A stretch of 18,393 bases of DNA from a candidate division FCPU426 bacterium (GTDB lineage: Bacteria; Oederibacteriota; Muellerivitia; Muellerivitales; Muellerivitaceae), in NCBI GenBank assembly GCA_963847625.1, contig CAWKAR010000042.1, positions 1-18,393 of the forward strand, in the 5' to 3' direction. A program made the position numbers and the translations under genes. Shown piece by piece: positions 9,502 to 17,410 of the stretch (the stretch's first letter is position 1; each line of letters starts with the position of its first letter). The notes under the pieces are model-generated. The model ran no database searches. It was not told where the DNA came from and saw only the letters and a list, made by a program, of their open reading frames with translations.

Positions 9502-9528
9502 GGATATATCAATAATAGATATGTCCAT
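9500..9528. promoter_or_regulatory. Imperfect 29-bp palindrome, probable MarR autoregulatory operator
   Basis: ATGGATATATCAAT-A-ATAGATATGTCCAT: 14-bp arms pair at 12/14 positions. AT-rich and abuts the marR start. Confidence 0.7.
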
Positions 9529-9601
9529 CTATTTCAAGGGGATTTTAAAAAACTTGGGGCCAGGCTCCTCGCGCCGCCAAATTAAAATTTGCGGAAGCCG
9601 A

Positions 9602-9745
9602 TCAGGAAAACAAAAAATAAGAAAGGACGATCAGGACCCCGCCCCAGACCATCCGGCTGACGTTTTGGGTTTTTTTCCCCCGCCAAAGCATATAAATCCC
9701 AATAGTCCCCACCACAAAGCTTCCGAGGATTTTAAAAATGGACAT
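9602..9745 (-). CDS. Small 47-aa two-TM membrane protein (not in ORF track); its 3' half is repeat B copy 3
   Basis: MSIFKILGSFVVGTIGIYMLWRGKKTQNVSRMVWGGVLIVLSYFLFS*. Two hydrophobic stretches with a basic RGKK loop. ATG lies 6 nt after the PBP stop, in the same orientation. Confidence 0.75.
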   Translation of the reverse strand: MSIFKILGSFVVGTIGIYMLWRGKKTQNVSRMVWGGVLIVLSYFLFS

Positions 9746-9751
9746 AGGGGG

Positions 9752-11578
9752 CTACTTTTTCCCCGACTCCGAGGTCAGGTCGATGAAATCCATGATCCCC
9801 TCGATCACCTTTTTGGCGATGGGAGCCGCCACGTCCTTGCCCATCCCGCCGTTTTCCGCCAGGATGGCCATGGCGATCTTCGGGTTGTCCACTGGCGCGA
9901 AGCAAATGAACCAAGCGTGGAAGTTGGGGTCCCGGCTCCCGGAAGTCCCGGTTTTTCCGGCGATCTTGATCCCCTTGACCCGCGCCTTGACGCCGATGCC
10001 CCTTTCCACGTCGTTGTACATCATGGTGGTGAGGAATTGGGCCGTCTGGCGGCTGATGGTGTTCTTGTATATCACCGGTTTCCACTCCTCCAGCACTTTC
10101 CCGTTGATGTTGGTGAGCTTATCGACCAAATAAGGCGACATCATGATTCCGTCGTCGGCGATGGCGGAGGCCATGAGGGCCGCGTTAAAGGGGGTGATCC
10201 GGAAGGATTTTCCCAACCCGGTGGCGGTTTCCGCCAGCTCGTAACGGCTTAAACCGAGCTTGGGCGAGATGCTCATCGCCATGGGAAGATTGATGGTCTT
10301 GGGGATGGAGTTGAAGCCGAAGCGGTTGTTGAACTCGAAAAGGGAATCCTCGCCCAATTCCTCGCCCAGCTTGGCGTAGGCCATGTTGCAGGAGGCGTCG
10401 AAGGCTTCCTCCAGGCTCTTAATCGTCTTGTGCTTGTGCCAATCGTAAAAAATCTTGCCGTCGATGTAGGTGAAACCCTTGCAATACAAGGGGAAGACCT
10501 TGTTGAGGTCGATATTTTTTTCCAGGGCCGCGGCCGAGCTGATGATCTTGACGATGGAACCCGGCTCATAAAGGCCCTCGAAGGCGCGGTTCTTGAGCGG
10601 ATAGTTCTTGTTTTCAATATATTTCCACCAATCATCGTGGACCTTTTCGGGAGTGAAGGTGGGCTGGGAGATGCATCCGAGTATCTCGCCCGTCTTGGGA
10701 TTCAAAATCACGATGGCGCCTTTTTGCCAGCCCATCGCCTTGGAAAGAACCCTTTGGATCCGGCTGTCCAGGGTCAGGTAAAGTTTGTTGCCGGGGAAAT
10801 AATCCTGGTAGATCTTCTCCAAGCCCGAATTGCCCCGGTTGTTCACCGTTTGGATGTCCATATAGCCGATCAGGTGGGCGAATTCCTTCCCGTAGGGATA
10901 GCCCCTCTCGTTGTTCTTGATCCATTCAAGGGCCAGGGGAACCCCGTTGCGGTCGAAAATGTAATAGATGTTCCCCCGGTCCTTTTCCTCCCGGGCTTGC
11001 TCCAGCAGGACCTGCATTTTTTTGTTTTTCGGGTCGTAAACGAGGGCCTGCTCGTAGTATTTTTCCCCCTTGGTCACCTGGCCCAGGGCGCGTTCGGTGG
11101 TCCCCAAGGCGATGTAAATGTCCGGATTGTCCTTTTGGAGCTCCAAGGCGTGCTGGAGTTCCGCTTCCGCCAGATCGTATTTACCCTCGTCGATGAAATA
11201 CTGGCCCGTTTTCAAGTGATTGAAACGGCGGCTGTAAGTCAATCCCTGCTTCATGGCCTGGTCGTAAAGCTGCCGGGCCTTATCCAGGTCGCCGGCCTTG
11301 ATTTCCACCAGGCCCAGGCCGTCCAGGGCCTGGGCGTTGCCGGGATTGCGGCTGAGGACCTTGTTGAATTCCATGCGGGCCATCTCCAAATTGCCGGTCC
11401 GCCAGTACTTGATCCCTTTCAGGAAATTGTAATGGTTGATAAGGACTGTCTTGGAGGTCACCACCCCGCTGAATACGAGGATGAATAAAATGAACGTCCT
11501 GAAGGAAGGAAGTCTGCCTCTGCGTTTTCTGGATAGGGACATGGGTTGAAAGCGTTTGAAAGGGTCGTTCAGGGCCAT
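9752..11578 (-). CDS. Class B penicillin-binding protein (transpeptidase) with N-terminal TPR domain
   Basis: TM anchor, about four TPR-like repeats, short pedestal (IFDRNG, FAHLIGY, GLEK, LTLDSRIQ), and transpeptidase motifs SxxK (PGSIVK), SxN (SCN) and KTG (KTGT). Start at 11578 is supported by AAGGAG upstream; the ORF extends to 11608. Confidence 0.93.
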   Translation of the reverse strand: MALNDPFKRFQPMSLSRKRRGRLPSFRTFILFILVFSGVVTSKTVLINHYNFLKGIKYWRTGNLEMARMEFNKVLSRNPGNAQALDGLGLVEIKAGDLDKARQLYDQAMKQGLTYSRRFNHLKTGQYFIDEGKYDLAEAELQHALELQKDNPDIYIALGTTERALGQVTKGEKYYEQALVYDPKNKKMQVLLEQAREEKDRGNIYYIFDRNGVPLALEWIKNNERGYPYGKEFAHLIGYMDIQTVNNRGNSGLEKIYQDYFPGNKLYLTLDSRIQRVLSKAMGWQKGAIVILNPKTGEILGCISQPTFTPEKVHDDWWKYIENKNYPLKNRAFEGLYEPGSIVKIISSAAALEKNIDLNKVFPLYCKGFTYIDGKIFYDWHKHKTIKSLEEAFDASCNMAYAKLGEELGEDSLFEFNNRFGFNSIPKTINLPMAMSISPKLGLSRYELAETATGLGKSFRITPFNAALMASAIADDGIMMSPYLVDKLTNINGKVLEEWKPVIYKNTISRQTAQFLTTMMYNDVERGIGVKARVKGIKIAGKTGTSGSRDPNFHAWFICFAPVDNPKIAMAILAENGGMGKDVAAPIAKKVIEGIMDFIDLTSESGKK

Positions 11579-11745
11579 GAAACTTTTCTCCTTAGGGAAT
11601 CCAAGCATTTTAGTGAGAATGAAAAAGGAATAAAGGGAAAAAAGGGAGCCGCTGAAAAAGGATTCGAATAAGTTGCCTGGACGGCCGTGGGAACGTTAAG
11701 ATAACTTGCGTTTGAGAAAGCCGCCCCAAGACCCGGCCGTCAAGG

Positions 11746-12987
11746 ATGGTTATGGTTCCCTTAGAATCCCTCGCCCTAGCGCTGGTTTTAATCCTGTTGA
11801 TCCTGGTTGTATTCCTCCAGGTCCGCAATTCCAAGGCCCAGTCCCCGCACGCGTTCGACGGCGCCTTTTCCAACCTGGCTCAAAACCTGGACCGGCTGGA
11901 AAAGACCCTCCGGGAAGAAATGGCCCGGAACCGGGAAGAGTCCGGCGCCAATGAGCGCTTGTCCCGCGAGGAAATGAACCGCCAGCTCCTGGGCCTGATC
12001 CAGGCCAACGACCAAAAGATGGAAAAATTACGGGAAACCATCGAGAACCGGTTGAAAACACTCCAGGAGGACAACGGCCGGAGGCTCGAGGAAATGCGCT
12101 CCGTGGTGGATGAGAAACTGCAGTCCACCCTGGAGAAAAGACTGAGCGAATCCTTCCGGCAGGTGAGCGACCGCCTGGAGCAGGTCCATAAGGGCCTGGG
12201 GGAAATGCAGTCCCTGGCTTCCAGTGTCGGCGACTTGAAGAAGGTCCTGGCCAATGTGAAAACCAGGGGAACCTGGGGAGAGGTCCAGCTCGGGAACCTG
12301 CTGGACCAGATCCTGACAGCCGAGCAATACGGAAAAAACATATCCACAAAGAAAGGGAGCGAGGACCGGGTGGAATACGCCATCCGGCTTCCCGGCCGGG
12401 AGACCGGGGAGGAAATTTGGCTTCCGGTGGACGCGAAATTTCCCCAGGAGGATTACCAAAGGCTGGTGGAGGCCTATGAGCAGGGGAACGCCGCCCTCGC
12501 CGAGGAGGCCTCGAAAAGCCTTGAAAACCGGATCAAGGGGGAAGCCAGGAACATACGGGATAAATACCTGGACCCTCCCCACACCACGGATTTCGGCATC
12601 ATGTTCCTTCCCACCGAGGGCCTTTACGCGGAAGTGGTCCGAAGGCCGGGCCTCCTGGACCTGCTTCAACGTGAATACAGGGTTGTCCCCAGCGGACCCA
12701 CCACCTTCGCGGCCCTGCTGAACAGCCTCCAGATCGGGTTCAGGACCCTGACCATCGAGAAACGATCCAGCGAGGTTTGGAACTTGTTGGGAACGGTGAA
12801 ACAGGAGTTCGGGCTGTTCGCGGGCATCCTTGAAAAAACCCATAAGAAGCTCCAGGAAGCCAGCCATACCATCGAGGACGCCGCGAAAAAAACCAGGACC
12901 ATCGAGAGAAAACTGAAGAATGTCGAGGGACTCACCGCCGGTGAGGATCAGGAAATGCTCGAGACTGAGACGGCCCCGGAACCGTGA
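11746..12987 (+). CDS. rmuC: DNA recombination protein RmuC
   Basis: 413 aa with N-terminal TM and coiled coil. Motifs NVKTRGTWGEVQL, LPVDAKFP, DFGIMFLPTEGLYAEV and GPTTFAALLNSLQIGF. Confidence 0.95.
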   Translation: MVMVPLESLALALVLILLILVVFLQVRNSKAQSPHAFDGAFSNLAQNLDRLEKTLREEMARNREESGANERLSREEMNRQLLGLIQANDQKMEKLRETIENRLKTLQEDNGRRLEEMRSVVDEKLQSTLEKRLSESFRQVSDRLEQVHKGLGEMQSLASSVGDLKKVLANVKTRGTWGEVQLGNLLDQILTAEQYGKNISTKKGSEDRVEYAIRLPGRETGEEIWLPVDAKFPQEDYQRLVEAYEQGNAALAEEASKSLENRIKGEARNIRDKYLDPPHTTDFGIMFLPTEGLYAEVVRRPGLLDLLQREYRVVPSGPTTFAALLNSLQIGFRTLTIEKRSSEVWNLLGTVKQEFGLFAGILEKTHKKLQEASHTIEDAAKKTRTIERKLKNVEGLTAGEDQEMLETETAPEP

Positions 12988-13072
12988 CTGACCGTCCCCC
13001 GGCTATTTCAAAAAATTTGGTTTTATGCCCCATTTAAGAGTGGTTAAATTTCCCGAAAGACAATAGGGCTTC

Positions 13073-14887
13073 ATGAGACCTCAACCCATTCAAAACAACC
13101 CGAAGGAAAACAGGCTTAGGCTCTTTTGGTTCGCGCTGGTACCGGCCGCAATCACTTTCCTGTTTTACCTGCCCGTTTTGAGGAATGGTTTCGTATGGGA
13201 TGACGAGGACGCCATCCTGAAAAACCTCCAAATCCGGTTCATCAATTGGAATTCCCTCCATTGGATGTTCACGAGTTTCCTTTTGGGCAATTGGACGCCC
13301 CTGACCTGGTTCTCATTCGCCCTGGATTACCAGGCGGGACACCTCCAGGCCTGGGTTTACCACCTGGATAACCTGCTTTGGCACTCCCTGAACACGGCCC
13401 TTGTTTTCTTCCTGGCGTTGAAAATATTTAAAATAGTCCGAAAAAACCAAAACCCGCTTGAACCAACAATAAAAACAACCTGGGAATTGCCTGGAGCGCT
13501 CCTGGCCGCGATCCTATTTGGGCTTCACCCCGTTCACGTGGAAGCAGTGGCATGGGCTTTGGAGCGAAACGACCTTCTTTGTGGTTTCTTCCTATTAGTA
13601 AGTCTTTTAATTTATTTGGATTACGCCACAGGACCCACCCGGGGCATGGGGAAGTACCTTTTTTGCGTTTTCCTTTTTGGCTTGGCCCTTTTGGGCAAAC
13701 CCATGGGAATCACCTTTCCTTTAACCCTGTTTCTGATTGACGCCTGTCCTTTGGGAAGGTTTTCCAAGGAACGTTCCAGGGTTTTATTAGAAAAAATCCC
13801 ATTTCTAACCTTATCCTTGCTAGCGGGGTTTATGGCCCTGATGGCCCGGGCCGCGGTGCACAACATCCCGGTTTTTGCCGAAGAATCTTTCCCCATCCGG
13901 CTAGTCAACGCGTTCCATTCCCTGGTTTTTTATCTTTGGAAATTGGTTTGGCCGGTGAATTTGGCGGTTTTGTACCCGCTCACACCCAGGACGGGCGTTT
14001 TATCCCTTGAGAACCTGATTTCAATTTTTTTAGTCCTGTGTCTATTCACGGTCTTGTTTATTTACCGCCGGAAATTTCCTTATCTGTGGGTGTCGTGGGT
14101 TTATTACTGCGTTACCCTTTTACCGGTTCTGGGCCTGTTGCAGTCGGGCAACCAAGCCGCCGCGGATCGGTACACCTACCTGCCCACCTTGGGTTTCTTT
14201 TTCCTTTTGGCCGCTTGGATCGCGCGTTTTTTATCGGAGCGAAAGCTTCCAGCGGCACTCGCCATCCTATTTTTACCGATTATCCTGGGACCCGCTGCAG
14301 TCCGGCAAATCGGCGTTTGGAGGGACCCCGTCACGCTTTGGGAAAACGCGGCGAGGGTTTCCCGGGGCGGTTCCGAAACGGTATTAAACTACCTGGCGGA
14401 TGCCTATCGTTCGGAGGGGCGATTGGAGGAAGCCTTGCGGATTTACGATCAGGCCATCGTCCTAGGGCCGAATGACGTTTACTCGCATAACGGAAAGGCC
14501 ATCGACCTTTTTTTATTGGACCGCCCGCAGGACTCGATCCGGGAATTCAAAACCGCGATATCCATCAATCCCTCGTTTGACCTGGTTTATTTCAATTTCT
14601 GGATTGTTTGCCAGCGGTTGAAAATGTATCCCGATTCCCTGGAGGCCGCCCGCGAGTTGGTCAGGATTAATCCCAATTCCGCCAAGTCCTTCGACCTCCT
14701 GGGAATCAGTTGCGGCGATATGGGCCGATTTAACCAGTCGCTTGCCTCTTTTGAAAAAGCCCTGGAATTAGAACCAGGTAATCCCGAAATTTTACGCCAC
14801 TTGGCCGTCACCCGGCACCGCGCTCAAAATCCAAAAGAGCCGATGGATTTGTACCAAAAAGAATTAGAAGGCCAGGTAAATCTTTAA
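13073..14887 (+). CDS. TMTC-like polytopic membrane protein (GT-C fold, putative O-glycosyltransferase) with C-terminal TPRs
   Basis: 604 aa. Motifs FVWDD in the first loop, PLTWFS, YHLDNLLWH, LHPVHVEAVAW..ER.DLL, ADRYTYLP and WRDPVTLW, followed by about four TPRs. Confidence 0.85.
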   Translation: MRPQPIQNNPKENRLRLFWFALVPAAITFLFYLPVLRNGFVWDDEDAILKNLQIRFINWNSLHWMFTSFLLGNWTPLTWFSFALDYQAGHLQAWVYHLDNLLWHSLNTALVFFLALKIFKIVRKNQNPLEPTIKTTWELPGALLAAILFGLHPVHVEAVAWALERNDLLCGFFLLVSLLIYLDYATGPTRGMGKYLFCVFLFGLALLGKPMGITFPLTLFLIDACPLGRFSKERSRVLLEKIPFLTLSLLAGFMALMARAAVHNIPVFAEESFPIRLVNAFHSLVFYLWKLVWPVNLAVLYPLTPRTGVLSLENLISIFLVLCLFTVLFIYRRKFPYLWVSWVYYCVTLLPVLGLLQSGNQAAADRYTYLPTLGFFFLLAAWIARFLSERKLPAALAILFLPIILGPAAVRQIGVWRDPVTLWENAARVSRGGSETVLNYLADAYRSEGRLEEALRIYDQAIVLGPNDVYSHNGKAIDLFLLDRPQDSIREFKTAISINPSFDLVYFNFWIVCQRLKMYPDSLEAARELVRINPNSAKSFDLLGISCGDMGRFNQSLASFEKALELEPGNPEILRHLAVTRHRAQNPKEPMDLYQKELEGQVNL

Positions 14888-15122
14888 CATTGCGTTCTTC
14901 CTTAAAGTAAAAGCGTTTCAGCCCAATCAAATATGCGATATCACTCAACTTAAAGTTTGGGTCTATTTTCTGTGCTTTTTATGCTAATCTAAAAGGGTTG
15001 ATGGAAGCGGGAAATGGTTGAAAAGCCAGTAAACCCCCTGCCCGCTCCCAAATCCTGAAGGCTTCCTGAAACCTGAAGTAGCCTGCCGATTCAAGCGAAG
15101 TAAGGAAAGCGAAAGGGTGGTT

Positions 15123-17346
15123 ATGCAAATCACTCCAGTCGTCCCCGGTTGTTTCCACCTGGAAGGCCCCGAAACCAGCGCATTATTGGGAAGCCCCCCT
15201 GAAATCCTGAAATCCCTCCTCAAACAAAAGAAAAAGATTCCCCATGTGGGCATCCTTCCGGATGTTTCCCATATCAACGGCGTGTCCCAAATGGCCTTTG
15301 AGTTCCTGGGCTATTGGTTTTTATTCATCGACCAGGGTTACCATGCCGGGAAAAAATTCCGGATTTTGGGAAGCCGCAATATGTGCGAAAGGCTCCAGGA
15401 AATCCTCCGCATCACCCTGCTGGGCCCCACCCGAGCGGAAATGAAAAAGTGGGGATTGAGTAAAAACCGCTCGGAAACGCTCGCCCGGATGTCGGAAGGC
15501 ATGGCGCTTAAAAAGAACGGGGTTGTCTTGCAGGTCAAGGATTTGTTCGAGTTTGTTTTTTTCCCCGAGGATAAAGGCAAGGGTTTCATCCCGATTTTTC
15601 CCGGAACTTCCGATTACCTCATCAAACGATTGGGCGGGAACCGTTTCGAAGTTTCGGACCAGGGGAACTTGTCCGTTTTGGATTTGAATTTTGACGGGGA
15701 ACAGATTCCACCCCTCGTGGATTTATCGGGTGAAAAGGAGAAACCGGAAGCCTTGAGAGTGAAGGTGCTGGGTTGTTTCACCGGTTTCGACCCCGGGGGG
15801 CCCACCACCGGAATGCTTTTATGGGTCAGCGGCAACGGGTTTCTAGTCGATTCCCCCGCGGGGATTAGCAGGACTTTGAAACAAATCGGGGTATCCAAGG
15901 ACCGCCTCACCGCCGTCATCCAAACCCACGTCCACGACGACCATTGCGCCTTGAGCGAGCTGATCCTTTCGGAGCACGCTTTCTCATTTATTTCCACCAG
16001 GGAAATATACGAGTCAGCGGTGTTAAAGGTCGCGAATATCACCGGGGAAACGGCCGAAATGATCAAGCGGATGATGGAGTTTGTCGAGGTGATCCCGGGA
16101 CGCACCTATCAAATGTACGGGGCCGCCTGGGAATTCTTTTACACGGTCCATTCCATCCCGACCATCGGTTTCCGGGTGACGGTGCCCGATGAAAAAGGCG
16201 TTCCCCGCACCCTCCTGCATACCAGCGACCTGGCCCATTACAAAGCCATGCAGAAGTTAGCGGATGAAGGAGCGATCAGCGGGGAACACCTGGAGCGCAT
16301 GCGAGGGTTGGTACGCGGTGATGAGTCTCTCGCTATGATCGACGGCGGCGGCGGCTTGATCCACGGCGACCCTTCCGATTGGGATCCGGTGATCGCCCAA
16401 TATCCCAAAACGGAATTTCTTTTCTACCACGTCAATCCCACGCAGGTAAACACTGAGAAATACCAGGTGGCCCGGCCGGGGTGGGGGAAAACCTATTTGG
16501 AGGAACGTCAATTTCCCCAATCCGTTTACAGCGGGGTGGTCCAGGCGCTCAAGCTTTTTCAAGTGAAGGACCCCGCCTGGCTGAACGTTATTTTTTCGCG
16601 GGGCCAAGTTGTTGAGTTCCCGGCCGGCACCGAAGTGGTGAAAAAGGGACAGGAAGGGGATTCGTTCTATTTCATCCTATCCGGGACCCTGGAAGTCCTG
16701 GACCCCGAGGACCCCCGGGCGCCGCTTTTGGCCACCCTGGAAGGGGGGGATTTTTTCGGGGAAATGTCGATCCTCAATAAATCCAAGACGAACGCCACAG
16801 TCATCTCAAAGACCCCCGTCGTGCTTTTCAAACTCGCGGGAGACTTGTTCCTGGAGTTCGTTGAGACGAACGATTTGAAGGATAATTTTTCCAGCCTGTG
16901 GAAAAGGCGCCCCCTCATCTCCTCCGTTTCAATCTTCCGGGACCTGGATCCCACGGCCAAACACGAGATTTCCCTATTGGCGCGCAGCCAGGTTTTTTCC
17001 AAGGACGATTTGATTGTCCGGCAAGGGGGGAAGACCGATGATTTCTTCATCATTTCCTCGGGATACGTCGAAATTTTCCGGAAAAACGAAAGGGGAAAGG
17101 TTCTTTTCTCGACGGAGTTAAAGGCCGGGGATTTCTTCGGCGAGAACGTGGCCCTGGGATATACCGATAAAAGGAATGCCACCGCGAAAGCCAAGTGTGA
17201 AGTCGCGACCTTGGTCATTTCTGGCAGGGGAATTCCGCGAACTGGCCAAACGCATGCCGATCCTGCGCCACAAACTTCATGTGGTCATGAAACAGAGGGG
17301 CGTTCCCGGTGAAGTCCTCGAAAAGGGATCTGTCTTGTTAAAATAA
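15123..17346 (+). CDS. MBL-fold cyclic-nucleotide phosphodiesterase-like protein with two C-terminal cNMP-binding domains; apparent +1 frameshift at 17227-17230
   Basis: HxHxDH motif THVHDDH plus TVHSIPT, TSD and IHG. Two cNMP domains (FYFILSG...FFGEMS; FFIISSG...FFGENV). The ORF as given ends at 17312, but the natural-looking C-helix EFRELAKRMPIL... lies in the +1 frame and ends at 17346. Start is GTG 15117 or ATG 15123. Confidence 0.82.
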
Positions 17347-17410
17347 TTGGCGAATATCCCTTTGAAATAAGTAAACAAGAAAATTAGATTCGATAGTCAA
17401 ACCATTTAAC

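Noticed and set aside
5718..9693. Repeat B as a DGR template/variable repeat pair
   Set aside because: No reverse transcriptase in the window. B1-B3 substitutions in the core are transitions in both directions plus indels, not adenine-specific A-to-N changes.
240..9693. Repeats A/B as CRISPR repeats, integron attC sites or pdif sites
   Set aside because: Too long and too widely spaced for CRISPR, with no cas genes. No RYYYAAC...GTTRRRY palindromic structure, integrase, or 11-6-11 XerC/D consensus was seen.
6505..12935. Long overlapping or antisense ORFs (e.g. 6552-7442, 7533-8387, 9476-10252, 10430-11488, 12028-12867)
   Set aside because: They overlap clearly recognisable genes, are expected from high GC3 codon bias, and show no motifs.
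11746..12987. RmuC as the recombinase for the repeat-bounded modules
   Set aside because: RmuC is a widespread housekeeping-type gene with no known site-specific integrase activity. Proximity alone is not evidence.
15054..15077. Three CCTGAA hexamers upstream of the phosphodiesterase gene
   Set aside because: Irregular spacing (11 and 7 nt) and too short to call a binding site.
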